Virus record (IMG/VR): IMGVR_UViG_3300034062_002410
Span: 21,293-85,292 of that record
Direction: 5' to 3' (one strand)
DNA length: 64,000 nucleotides
Source of the DNA: a virus
Under the pieces are notes generated by a model, which was not told where the DNA came from, did no database searches, and was given only the letters and a program-made list of their open reading frames with translations. The position numbers and the translations under genes are program-made. Positions 1-15,000 of this stretch are shown here, piece by piece (within the stretch, counting starts at the first letter, position 1; the number at the start of each line of letters is the position of its first letter).

Positions 1-2
1 GG

Positions 3-3000
3 CTAAAAAAAGAAGCTGCTAAAGAAGGTGTTAAACCTCTTGACATTCAAGAACGATTAGCTGAATATAAAGAAACAAAAGAAGCAGATAGATATGATTA
101 TTTAATAGAACAAATAAATGAAGTTTATGCAGTTGAAACTGAAAACTTTAACAATTCTACACAAGAAGCTATTGATTATGAACAAGGACAACTTGATATA
201 GCTAATAAAAGATTATCTACATTAGAAAGTCAACCTACAGAAGTAAAACCTGATATAATTTTATCAGGACTTGCTGGAGGATTTAAAGGAGTTTCTAAAA
301 ATTCTTTTGATGTAAGAAATTCAACGGAAGTAATGAATAATGTAAACTCTGGTAAATCATTTTCTGAAATAGTAGAGTATAAAGGTAAAAAATATGTTGT
401 TGTTGGACTTAGGTTAGATACTGCAAGATTTTCTACAACAGTTGGAAGAGATAACTATTCTTTTGCTGTTGCTGAGCTTAATGAGAATACACCAAATAAT
501 ATTGTAGAAATACTTGAAACAAGTGCAAAAGAAAATTTTAAAAATATATATTCTGATTTTAATAACAATGATGTTATTAGACCTATTACAGAACAAAACA
601 AAGAATTATCTGCTTTAAAAAGTAAACCTACAGTAGAACAAAAACAAACTAAAGCTGTCAAGCCCTTAAACTTTGTCATATCAGGGATAGGTGGAATAGG
701 TAGAGGAGGGTTTAGAGTTTGGAAATCTCAAAACTATAATGTTGAGGCAGGTGGCAATGAGGCTCAAGATAATAGGAGTAAACAAGAAGTAAGCGAGCTT
801 ACTAATCCAACTGATAAGACAAGACTAATAGGTAGGTTCTACTCAGTTGACCAAGGTGATAAAGTAACTTATTATGCAAACACTAACGAAGTTGCTTTTG
901 ATAATGAGTTTAAAAGATTGACAGATGCTGTTAATAGAGGCGCAAGTGTCCAAGTAAGTGTTACTGTAAATAAGTCAGACAATGTCAATGAGGCAGACAT
1001 ACAGAAGGCACTACTAGAAAAGCTAACTCAAGTTGTTGAGGTATCTGTAGATAAGAATACTTTCAAAGCTAATCCTCAAGCTGACTTCTCAGGAATAAGT
1101 TTAAATGAGATTAATCCCACTAAACAACAAGAACAAGTTACTTTATCTCAAAAAGAACAAGAAATATTAAACTCATTTAAAGATAATAAAGCATCTAAAC
1201 CTTTACTTAATAGAAAGTTTGCAGCTAATAAATCTGAAATAGAAAGTTTATTAGCTAAAGGTATAATCAAAGAAGATGGTAATAACTATGTAATTGCAGG
1301 CAGAGAAGCTCAAGAAGTAACTCTTACAGTACAAAAAACTAAAGCAGAACAAGTTGCTGATAATTTATTAGCAAAACAATTTACTCGTAATGCTGAAGGA
1401 ACTTATAACTTACAGATAAATTTAAAAGCATTATCTCCTGAAGAAAAAGCAGACATTGAAGATGCTGTTAAAGTTATTAAAGAAAGAATTAAAAATAATC
1501 AACTTGATGGTTGGGAAATAAATAAAGTTAGTAATCCATTATTTGAAGTAGTTACAATAACTAAACCTAATCTTACTTCTAATCAACCAATGGAAGAAGG
1601 TGATGTATCTTATCAACCTGATGAAATACCAACACTAACTAAGGAGCAAGAAGAGAAGATTAAAGACCTTATAGAGAGTTATGTTAATACAATGGAAATT
1701 GACAATAATAAATTTCCAACATTTGAAGAACTTGTAAAAAGTTATATTAGAACAGTAGGTAAAGAAAAAGCAGAAAAACATTTAAAATTATTAGGTACAG
1801 GTTGGGAACTAAATGGTTATGGTACTATTAGTGATTACAATGCTATACTTAGAAAGCTATTTGGAAAAAGGGAAGACATAGCTTTAGGTATATCAGCAAT
1901 GAGTGAAGAGTTATCTCAAAGTGTAGCTGCTCCTGAAGAAGTAGAAGTAAAACAAGATGAGTTAATTAAGAAAGAAGAAATCAAAGATAGTGCAGAACCA
2001 ATAGATGTAACTCCTGATAAACAAGTTGTATACTCTACTGAAACTGATATTGTAAGTGATACAAGTCCTAAGTTAGGTTATTCAGTATTTGATTTTTCAA
2101 TCTCTCAAAAAGTAAGAGGTAAAGATGGTAAAATAATAGTAACTACTGATACTATAAATGAAGGATTGAAAAAGAAACAAGATGGTCTTGTAAAAGCTAT
2201 TAAGACAGCAAACTTTGAAAATGTTAAAGTTGGTGCTAAATTAACTGTATCAGTTAATCCTTTAAATGAACTTAATAGAGTAAAGTCATGGGTTATACCA
2301 GCAAGAGTAGAGGATAAAAACAGTCCATTATATGGTACTGATGTATTAGAAAATGGGAAAGTTAAAACTATAAAGTTTGGTGAATGGTTAGACCAAAAAG
2401 TAAAAGAGTCAGGATTACCTGTAGAAGAATTTATGGAAACTCAAGAATTTTGGGATAGAGTTCCTATTCTTGTTTCTGATGAACAAGGAGATTTCATTGC
2501 ACAAGTACATGACATAGGATGGTATACTCCTGCAAAATTTAATGGTGACATTAAAGAAGCAAAAAGAAATGTCAATGAAATTAGAAAGTTAATAAAGGAA
2601 GCTTTTAAAAGAGGTGAGAATTCAGTATTTGAAATTACTAATATTACTGGTGGTAAAACTGATGGATTAAAACTTACTGAACTTGTACCATTAAAAAAAG
2701 CTAATCCTCAAGCAATGATGGGATTAATTGTTAAGGATAAAGATGGTAACTTTCAAACATTTATTTATGAAAATGGAAAAAGAAAAGAAGTAAAAGTTGA
2801 AAATCTTAGTGTTATCACAGGAGCAGAACAAAATAAAACTAAGTCTATGATGAAAGTAGACATTAGAAGATGGGGAACTGATGCTGATGGTAAACCTACT
2901 TATAAAGCATTTTACTCTACTAGTCCTAAGTTATCTGCAAGTCAAGTTAATACTGTTAAGAATATTATATACTCTAAACTTATTGTTGCTAATAATAATT

Positions 3001-6000
3001 TATCAACTTCACAAAATAATAAGTTTGGTAAATTACTAAATGCAATTAATTCTACAATAGGTTCTGATATAACTAACAATGAATCATTTACAGATTTATT
3101 AAAAAGATTTGTTTTTATTTCTCCAGTTAAAAATGTAAGTCAGGAATATAGACAAGGTCTTATCAATAAAGTAAATGAAGGAAATATATCTGAAGTTGAA
3201 AATACATTAGCAACTTCATACTTTAAAAATATTAATAAATTAGAACCTGGGCAAACAACTATATTATCTTTAGCTCCTGATATTTTAGTTGTTGCTAAGA
3301 ATGGCAGTAATGGAATAGAAGTAAAAATTATCAATAAGAATACTATTCCTGTAGAGAATAATGAAATTGTAAATAATCAAGAGTTCTTACAAAGAGATGC
3401 ACTACTACAAGAAGCATTGCAAAACTCATTATTAAATGGTTATGCTCAAGTTGGTAATTATAAACAACCAGTAATACAAGTAAATAATGATTTTACTTTA
3501 ACTACTGTTGCAAATAATTATCCAGAGTTTGTACAGAATAATGTACTAACTAATCTAATGTCTGTAAATGTAGGCACTAATGATAAACCTGTATATGCTA
3601 CAAGACTACAATCTAATATTTATTACAAACCTGTAGGAACAGCACCTGGTAAAAGTGTAAGTAGAAAAGAAGGACAGACTATGGTTAGTGATAGCAAAGT
3701 AACTGAAAAAGATAAACAAGCTATAACTAATGTAGTAGAGTCAACTTCTGATGAAGCATTTGAAGAAGCAGTAGAAGGGGTAGAACAAGATGGCTTTGAA
3801 TTATTTGGAGATACAGTAGAAGAGAAAGCTGAAGACTTAAAAGAAGTAGTTAAACAAATGAGTAATGAATCTAAAGAGATTGTAGAAAATCATTTAGAAG
3901 CAGGACCTAACTTAGATAATATAAGTGAATACAATGAGTTTTTAAACCAAGCAAGTAATAAAGTAAAATGGGTTAATGAATATTTCAATGAGGATAATAC
4001 TGAATCAGCAGAGTCTTTAGAATCTAATCAACCTAGAGAAATAGGTGAAGAAGATGTTGAAGATATGGCTATTAATTTATTGAGAATTAATGGTGTCAGT
4101 AGTAGACATCAATCTCAATTGGCTAACTATGCTTCTGTTAAACTTGGTGATATACTTTCTACTAAAGAAATAAATCAACAAGAGGTTAGAGATAAAGTAG
4201 TAGAGGATATTACTAACACATTGAATGCTAACAAAGAATCATTACAAGAAACTCTTGCTCAATTAAAAAGCATACCTCAGTATCAGGATAGACCAAAGGT
4301 AATGGAGCTTGTTGTTAAATATGAAACTGCACTTAATAAAATAAACCTTGTATTAGATAATATAGATGTTATTTATAAACAAAGTGTAGCTATAGCTTTA
4401 AAAGATTTAAATGGTAAAGTCATTGAAAATGATGAAATAGAAGTTGGTGATGACCCTAATGACAATGACCTTGATAACCAAGAGAATGAAGAAGATGTAG
4501 ATGATGAATTGAGTGAAGAAGAAGATAGACATTTAGGAACTGAAAACTATTCTAAGACTTCATTAGAGGTAAATCCTAAAGCAAGTATTACTTCTACTCT
4601 TAGAAGATTTATGAGAGGTATTCCTGATATTAGTCCCACTACTGGATTACCCAAATCAGGTGCAATGGGTGTAACTACTTATGTAGACTTTGATACTGTA
4701 TATGATGTAGTTCAATCTTTGTTAGCTGATGCTCCTGTTGATTTCAACATGATGATGGATATACTTGAAGTCAATAAAAATAAACAACCTTGGCTTCCTA
4801 TACTTATTAATAAATTAAAAGAATCAAGTTCTGAAGTTAAAAATCAGTTTACTACTACAATGGGTAAACATGCTTTAACTATGGAGTTCTTAATGTATTC
4901 TTTTGACAAAGAAGGTAATGCAACTTTTAAAATTGTCAATACTAACTTATCAAGTATTAATCGTAAAATAAAAGATGAGTGGTCAAATAATCTTACTTCA
5001 TCTAATGTTCTTATAGATGAATATGGTAATGTAAGTAGAGATACTGTTGATGAGTTACTTAATGAATATAACTCATGGATGAAAACTCCAAGTGTTTTAA
5101 GTTCTGTACATCAAAGATTTATCAAAGAAAGATTAAAACTAGGTGAAACATCTTTTAATGCTGATGAAAATAATAAAACTTTAAATATAAGTGTTGAATT
5201 AGCACAACAAAAAACTAATTCTAAAATTACAAATATTGATGGTAAAGAATATTTAGTTTCAATAGGTAGTGATGATGTTGTTTATGTAACTCCCTATGAA
5301 AGAAATATAGTTTCTAAAGCATTGGTTGATTATGCTAGTCTTACTCCTGCTGAATCCAAAGAAGCTATTGAAAAGATTAAAGATTGGTTTGATGCCTTTG
5401 GTATTGAATTAACTGATAATGCTATTGATGGATTATTTAAAAATCCAAAAGTATCAGCATCTCAATTTTTTGAGCAAAGTAATAACTTTGCAGTAGGTAG
5501 TCTTGTAAAATGGTTAGATACTACTAGAAAAGCTTTTTCACAAGATAAAGAAGTAACAATTACAGAAGGTAGTAAAAATAATCCATTAGATAATTCTGCT
5601 GTTAGTGACCTTGCATACCATCAATCTAAATACTCATCAGGTATTGTAACTTCTTCATTTAGAGATGGTAAAAAATCTATTTATGGATTTACTGCATTTA
5701 AATTTATTACTGATAGAGCTAATGAGATTAAAAATAAACCTGAGTTTAGAGATAACCTTAGAAAATTATCTTTTTCTAAAAATTCATTTTGGTTACAATT
5801 ATTTGAAGATGGTATTGATTTACCAGTATATAACTTTAAAGAAAGATTTAATGTTACTCACTTAGGTTTAACTGCACTAAAAGAATTTGCTAAGAAGTTA
5901 TACAGAGATAATGGTATTACTTCACTTGGTGATGTTGACCATGAATTAGTTAAAGTAGGTATGCATCAAGCTGACCAAGGTGCATTATCAAAGCCATTTA

Positions 6001-9000
6001 CTGTATTTGGACAACAGATAAGTTTAAGAAATATAACTGCTTTGTTTCCAACAATGTCAGATAAATCTACAATGACATTAGTTAAAACATTAGGATTAAA
6101 TCTTACTGATAAAAAATACTTTGATAAAACTGAAAATGGTAAACTTGTACCTAATAAAAGCATAGCTGAATTTATTTTTGAACAAACTGTATTACCTGAA
6201 ATAGAAAGAGTTATAAACTTTAATGCAAAGAATCCTAATGGTACTGACATTAAGAATTATGACAAGGGTGCTAAGATGCTTTTGTTAATGCCACATCTTA
6301 ATGATTTAGTTATCTTTGAAAAAGATGGTAAGAAGATTACTTTGAATGAAGCAATAAATACTAAGAATGCAAAATTACAAAAAGTCTTAAGTAAGAAAGA
6401 TGTTATCCTTGCTGAAGTACAAAATTATGTTTCTGCATTAGTAGAGGAGAAAATGAAAGTATGGGCAGCTAATGGATATTATACAGTAGAAGAAAAAGAT
6501 GGAAAAACTAAAGTAACCAATAACTTACTTGATAAAAAATACATGGAGGGAGTTGTAGCTGATAGTCAATTAGAAAAAATTGAACTAGCTGCAATGGATT
6601 TTGAAATCAATCAAATGTTATCTAATGCTAATGCATTTATGACAATGATTGGTGACCCTGCTATTTATTATAAAGCTGATTCTTCTAAATCTTTTATTCA
6701 GCAAAGTAAAGAAACCTTTACTAATGTTGGTAAGAGATTAGCTTTAATGATTGCTCCTGGTTCTAAGTTAGCTGATTCTGAAACTGAACAATACACTCAG
6801 GTAATGCTAGAAGACAGAGTTGCTATGTCTGAAAACATTAGTTTTTTAACTGAAGTATTAGATAATAAAAAGTTTGATTGGAAAGAATACAATAGAATAA
6901 AAAGTCTTAATACTAAATCTGATGACCCAGTAAAAGCTAAAGAACTTAAAGATGAGCAGAAAAAACAATTTGAAGAGTTTTATGATAAGTATCCTAACTC
7001 AAATGGTTACTTTAATATAGAAGGAACTGATGCTCAGGAATATACTACATGGCAAGAACATCTACATATCTTAGAAAAGTTAGGTAGATTAAATGATGCT
7101 ACTGTGAGTATTACTCCTGAAGAGATAAGAGAAGCAAAAGAAATGTTTGCTAATAATACTCCTTATTCTCAAATGTCAGATAAACAAAAAGGTATTCTGA
7201 AGAAAGTTCTTCAACCTATTAAACCAGTTTATACAGGTCAAATATTTGATGAAGCACAAGATGTAATGAGGACTGTATATATTAAGTCATCTTCATTCCC
7301 ATTAATTCCTCAAGTAACTGAAGGTACTGAACTTAATAAACTAAAAGAAGCATTAGAGGCTTTACAGAAAGAAGGAGCAGGTCCTAACCCATCACCATAT
7401 AAATATGTAAGAGCTTCTTACCAATCTGCTAATAAAGTAGGTGCTAAAGCTAAAGCATTAAATATGTATGAAGATGATGGTTCTATTAAAGACCTTAAAG
7501 TAGAAGACTTAAAAGCTTCATCACTTACTCTTAATAGAAAAGACTTTAAGATTCAGTTAGATGTACCTTATAAGTCATTTAAGAAAAAAGAAGATACAGT
7601 TAGTTTAGGTACTCAGCTTACTAAGATATTATTTGGTAATGGTGTCATGGATGCTACTGGATTTATGTATAATGGTAAACCTATAGATGGAGTAGAACTT
7701 GAAAAAGAATACACTAAAGCATTTATAGAGTTAGTTAATTATAAAACTCAACAGCTTTATGATGAATTAGGTATAGATATTAAAACTAACAAGCCTATTG
7801 ATGTTAGAGCAACTGCTGCTAAACTTCAAAACATTTTAAAGACTGAAGCTATAAATAGAGGTTACTCTAAACAAGATGTTGAAGCTCTTGAAGTTATCAT
7901 TAAAGAAGTAAATGGAGAAGAAGATTTAACTTTTAAATTACCATTGTGGTTAGCAGCTAATGCTAATAGATTTGAATCTCTTTTAAATGCTGTTGTAAAC
8001 AATAGAATAGTTAAACTTAAGTTTCCTGGTAGTTCATTTGTAGCAGGTTCTGAAGAAGGATTTAAAATTCAAAAAGATTTTAAAGGTGTAGATAAGAACA
8101 AAATAGTATGGACTAAAAACTGGAATGGAAAAGAATTACAAGCAGCTAAATATGATGCTGATGGTAACTTACAATATGCTCAAGTAATTGCTCCATCTAA
8201 ATTTAGAAAGAAAGATGGTACTCTTATTGATTTGTTAGAAAGAAAAAATAATAAATATGTCTATGTAACTGAAACCAAACAAGGTTTTAAACTTAAAGAA
8301 GACATGATTGACCCTGAGTTGAGAAACATTACTGCATTCAGGATTCCAACTTCAGGTCACATGTCAGCAGCTCAAGTAGAGATAGTTGGTTTCTTACCTA
8401 ATGAGCAAGGGGATTTAATGATTGTACCAAAAAACCTCACTAAACAAAAAGGTCTTGACTTTGACGTAGATAAAGAAAACACTTATAGTCTATGGCATGA
8501 AACTGATGAGAATGGTAAGATTACTGTATTGAAAGAAGGTGATAAAGAAAAGCTATTACAAAATGAAATTATTAAAATTCATACTGCAGTATTAAGTAAT
8601 CCAGATAAAGAAGTACAGAAGAAAATTAATAATATTCTATCTATTGACTATGCTAAAGAACAAGCAGAGAATATAGATAGTATGATTTCTTCTTCTAAAG
8701 ATGAAACTTACTTTACTCCATTAGGTTCTGAGTATCAGAAAAATAAAATGTTCTTAGGAGCAAGTGGTAAAATAGGTATTGGTGCTTACTCTTTAGATGT
8801 AACCACACATTCATTATTTGAACAAGCTAAAGCTAAAGGAAACCAAGTATCATTAAACTATACTGATATTGATGAAAAAGGTAAAACTATTGCCAATCCT
8901 TTTAATATGTCTTTTGAAGGAGAAGGAAGAACTGATGGAACTTTAGGTAATCAACAAACAATAGATGGTCAAAGAACTATTGCACAAGTATTATCTGAAT

Positions 9001-12000
9001 TACAAAACATTGCTACAGATAATGAGAAAGAGCAAGTAATGGGTAGAGTAAATCTAAACTCTTATACTCTTGATGTATCTAAGATATTAGCAATGTTAGG
9101 ATTTGACAAAGCTAAAAATGGTAACTCAATTCAGTTTACATTCTTATCTCAACCTATTATTAGAGAGTATGTAAAAGAAATGGATAATGTCAATTCTAAT
9201 GTTGCAAAGTTTAATCCTAATAAAGAATCTGCAGTAATTAATAAGCTATTAGAAAAGTATGGTAATAAGAATTATGAGTTAGGATATGATGTTGATGTTC
9301 AGAATACTAAGAACTTCACTATGGATAAGATGGAGAATCAGTTAAGAGGTGAAGTAGATAATGATTTTCAATTAGCTGTTTTAAATAGATTCTTAGAATT
9401 AAAGAAACTTGGACTTGCTGTAAGAACATTACAAGGTGCAATTAATACAGATTCAAAAGGATTAGGTAAATCTATATTAGATAATTCTCAAAAGATTGAG
9501 AGTATAAATAACCTATTGAGTAATCCAGTAATAACTAATGCAGGTGAGTTGTTAGGTAACTTTATTCCAATAGTAAAATATGAAAAAGGTAAGAGAATTA
9601 AAGCATTAAGTGATGCAGAATATCAATCTTATATAAATGATGGTTATGTAAAATTTGGTGATAACTTATTCTTACCTACTACTGTTAGTGGTGTATTTAC
9701 TGCTAGAGCATTAGTAACTGCTACTTCATTATGGGATAGGCATTTTCCATATAACTCTAAGTTATTCAATTCTATTTTTGAAAATCTAATGCCTTTGATA
9801 TCTAAAAGTGAAGCAAGTGATGCTAAGAAAGTAGAAAAGAAATCAATGGTTATTAAAGAAATCAAAAGATTCTTAAACTCTTATTCTGCTTCTAATACAT
9901 TATTTGATAATATAAATGCACAAGCAGAAAGAGAAAGATTATTCTTTGATAGACCAAGTACTGGTAAAGTATCTTTAGCAACTTACATTAAAGAACTTAA
10001 GAAAGCTAATAGTTCATTAGCATCTAATAAGTTAATAGAAAGACTTGAGTTAGTAGCAAATACTCAAGGTGAACCATCATTGATAAAATTCAATAATACA
10101 TCAGCAGGATTCTATGATGAGAATGGATTAAATAATGCACTACTTGAACTAATGGAGTTAAATCTTAACTTACCATCATTTAATAATGAACCATATACAA
10201 GTAGAAAATTAGCACAAGATTTAATTACCTATTCTTATCTTGAAGGAGGAGTACAAGAAGCAACTCAATTTGTTAAATTTATTCCATTGTCTTATCTTAA
10301 TAAGATGGGATTCACTTTTGGGTTATCAAATATTGATTTTGATTCAATGGGTGCATACTCAATATTTGATATTAATCCTGATTTACTAAATACTAACTCA
10401 AAATTCATAACTCAGTTTGTTCAACATAATCCTGGTATCTTACCTAAGTTAGATAACTACATTCCTAAAATTGGAGATATCAAAAACATAAGTGAGGTAA
10501 CTGAGTTTAACATTGAAAAAATGTTAAATGCTATTGAGTATCAAGGAATGACTGCAGCAGAGTTTTATGACTATTATAAAATGGATGCAAAACAAATTGA
10601 AGAATTTAAAATTGCACTTGCTAATAAAGTCAGTAATTTTTCAATGCCTGAGTTTGTAGCATTAAGAAAAGATGGTGAATACTTATTATGGAAAAGTGCA
10701 GGTAATGGAAATTATGTACAAGTTCCTGTAGTTCAATCAGGTATATCAGAATATGATAGTAATGTACAACAAATTACTCCATTATCATCTGAAATAGTTA
10801 CTCCTCAAAATCCTGTTAAAGAGCAACCATTAAGTCCTTCATCAGATGAATCTAAAGTAACTAATGAAACAAGATTTGGATTAGGTACTGATGCTTCATT
10901 AACTGATATAGTTACTAACTTAGCAAACTCTACAAGTATAGATGAATACTTAATAACTTTAGCTAAACAATTATTACCTGCCATTAACCCAACTACTAGT
11001 ATTACAGTAGATAATATTAAAACAAGAGGTAAATATAAAAGAGCTGAAAATGCTATAACTATTAGTGCTAGTCAAGCTAAAAATGCTACTGATACTGAAT
11101 TAGCAAGAACTATTCTTAAAGAGTTAATGCATTCTATTACTGATAATGAACTTGGTAAACATGTATATAGAAGCTCAGGAGATAATAAATACTATTTAAA
11201 ATCAAGTGATGCACCTAAGCATATTTCAGTACTCATTAATTTATTCAACCAAGTATCTAAAATACCTGAGTTTGAAAATGCAATAGAGTCTATTAAAAAG
11301 AAATTAGCAATAGAGGGGCAAGAGCAAGCACTTACACCAGAAGAAAATAGAATTTATTATGGTGCCTATGATGTATATGAGTTTGTTGAAATGATGATGA
11401 CTCAACCTGAGTTTCAACAAGAGATGGCTAAGATTAAAACTGGTAATGGTAAATCAGTATTAGACTTATTTAAAAACTTCTTAAATACTTTATTTAAAAA
11501 TTTAGGAATACAATTTGAAACAGGTACTGTTGCTTCAGAAGCTATTGAAAATATATTAATCCTTGTTGATGAAAAAGGTAGACTTAAACAACAACCTACT
11601 CAAACTCAACTTATTGCAAGTACTCAAACTGAATCTAATTTATTTTCAAAAGATGAAATAGATGCTATAAAAGGAAATTATTTAAATGCTGATGATTTAA
11701 GTATTGAGCAATTAAAAACTGTAGGTTCACCTTTAAGTTTAAAATTAGCAAAATTAAAAGAAGATATAAAATCTGCTTCACCATTTAATAAAGCAGATAT
11801 GAAATTAAAAGCAATGGATTTTTTAATTAATAATGAAGAAAAATTAATTAAAGAATTACAAATCTTTATACAACAAACTCCTGAAGTTAAACCTACTACA
11901 ACATCTAGTTTACCTGGACCAGAAACTAAAATTAATATTTATGCAGGTACAAGAGAAAATGCTGAGTTAAGTAATTTTGCTATTAGACCTTTTACTATAG

Positions 12001-15000
12001 ATTATGCAAGAATAGGAGAATATGGCTTAGGTAAAATAAAATTTCAATCGGTAGAACAAGCTTTTCAATATATTAAATTTGAAGATTTACCTTATACTGA
12101 AGAAAATGTAAAAACTGCTAATGAAATTCTTAAAACTGTTGATGGAGCAAAATTAAGACAACTAGGTAAACAGTTTAAAGGATTAAATAAAAGTTCTTGG
12201 GACAATATTTCATCTCCTATGATGAAACAATTAATTCAAAGGTCTTTTGAACAAAATCCTGATGCTCTTCAAAAACTTCTTGCTACAGGTAATGCTACTC
12301 TTACTCATAAAAGTCCTTATAAAGATGACAAATGGACTACAGAGTTTCCTAAACTACTTATGGAAGTAAGAGAAGAACTTAAAGGTCAACAACCTACTAC
12401 AACTACTCAACCTAGTACTCAAGAAATACAGATGCCTAAACCTACAGGTGTTTTTACAGAAAGATTAAATGAAATTAGAAAAATATATAGCGGTAATAAA
12501 TCTTATATAAACACTAATGTTAGTGGTGCAGAAGCTTGGGAACAAATAAATGCACAGCAAGGAAATGTTAAACCAGAAGATATTTATAATATTAAAGATG
12601 AAATAGGAGGTAATTTGTTTGAATATTTTAATAGAGCATATCAATATATAACAGGAAATAAATTAGTACAAGATAAAAATTTTGTAATACCAATAAATCA
12701 ATCTTCTAAATCTACTACAACTACTCAACCTATTGTTACTCAAGAAGTTAGTAAATCTGATTTAGAAAAATTAAAACAAACTCCTGAAGGTAAAAAAATA
12801 GAAAAAGAAAGACAAGAAGAATTAAAACCTTATTTAGTAACATCTATTGATGATAAGATTAATATTATAAATGAAAATCTTGGAAAAATGGGATTTGCAG
12901 GCTTAGCTAATTCGCCATCCATTATTTTTACATTTAATGAAAGAGAACCTTCTACAAGTTTTTTACAAAAACCTATAACAAAAGAAGGAAGTAATTATCG
13001 AATAATTACAAGTAGATATAATGTACTTGTAGATAAAGATTTTAATATTATTAGTACAACAAATGTTGATACAGGAAAAACTTATAAATATAAAGAATCT
13101 GAAATAGGAAATTCAATAGTTGAAATAGGAAGAGTTCCTGATAATTTTAAAGTATCTCAATTAATAGAGCAACTATTTAATGAGAATACTGCTTATAAAC
13201 AAAACAAACAAGAAGAAATTAATAAAAAATATGATGAAGAATTAATTGCTGAATATAGAAAACAAGAAGTCAAACCTACACCTACTGTATCTAATTCTAT
13301 TAAGAATGATTTGTTGAATATCCTTGAAGATATAAAAAGAGAAACTGATGATGAAAGTTTAAATGATAACTTAGAGTTTCCTGTTGTAAATGCAAGTGAG
13401 TTTTCAGGTTACCCTAATATTCAAAAATATCTTAATACTGAATATGGTATAGAACAAAGAGAATATGAATTTTTTAAGTTACATAAAGATGTAGTAGAAG
13501 ATTTGTTATCAAGTATGAAAGAAGTTAATCCTACTAACTTACTTGAAAAACTTAAATCTGTAACTGATACTAATGATACAGGAGTTGACTCTAATATTAA
13601 ACCTATTATTACTTCTGATACTAAAAAGGACCAAGAATTAATTAAAAAAGCTAATGAACAAATAAAGAATACTAAGTATGAATTATTTCCTGGTGTAGGT
13701 GCTAATGTAAAACAAACAGAAGCATTAGATAAATTAACAGATTTCTTAAAAGCACCAATAGATAAATCAGAAAAAACTCAATCTACTTTTGTATTAGTAG
13801 GTAGAGGTGGTACTGGTAAAACTACTATTGTTAAAAAGATTGTAGATGAATTTCCTGGTAGTAAAGTAGTAGGTGGTGCTATATCTCATACTGCTAAAAA
13901 TAATTTGCAAAAATCATTAAGAGGTAAAACAGTAAGGACTATTGCTTCATTGACAGGCATAGGAGTATTTGATGATTTAAATGATTTTAAAGATACAACA
14001 TTGTCAAGAGCTGATATTATCATTATAGATGAATGTTCTATGATTGATACAGCTACTATGAATAGAATTTATCAATTAGCTAATCCTAATGCTAAAATTA
14101 TATTCATGGGTGATAATGTACAGTTACCACCTATTGAAAAAAATACTAAAGAATCTCCTACTTTTAATGCAGCTACTAAACCAGAAAATAATGCTAAGTT
14201 AACTAAAAGAATGCGTCAAGGTGAAGATTCTCCTATTGTACCTTTATCTGATATTGTAGCAGAAAATATTGAAAGGTCTGAAAAAGAAATAGAAAGAAAA
14301 GTTATTAAAAGAAGAGATAGTAACTTTAATCCTGTAACTAATAAAGGTGTAATCTTTACAGATAACAATGCTGAACTAATGAGTAATCTTGAAAGAGATT
14401 TTAAAGCTGATGTTCAAAACACTAAGATTATAACTTACACTAATGATGAAGGTAAAACTGGTAATCCTGGTAATAAAAAAGAAATGAATGGAGTAGTAAG
14501 AAAAATACTATGGGGTGCAGATGCTAAAAATGAATACAATGTAGGAGAAATATTAGTAGCTGATAATATTATTTATGATGCAAATATTCTTAATGGTGAA
14601 TATTATGAAGTTCAAGGGATTAAACCAATAAATGATGCAGTTAGTATTACTGCTGTTGAATTAATTCCAGGAAAAGGTATAGTTACTAATCAAAAAAAGT
14701 TTCCTGGTTATTCTTTAAAAGTAAAAGTAATTTCTGAAACTGATAACTTTAATAAAATAATAACTTTAAATTTGCCTTCTGCTGATTCAAAACAAAAAAT
14801 AGATGAAATTCAAGAAGGTTTAAAAACAGCTAATAAATCATTATTTTATCAAAATAAAAAAATAATACCTGATGTTAATTATGGTTATGCTATAACTTCT
14901 CATAAAGCTCAAGGTTCTACTTTTAACAATACTTATGTAATGGAGGATAATATTATTAACTCAGGGATGAGTAATAAAGAAGCTAATCAAGCATTATATG

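Noticed and set aside
333-335. ATG at 333 as the vRNAP start
   Set aside because: The frame is open back to nt 3; the gene starts outside the window
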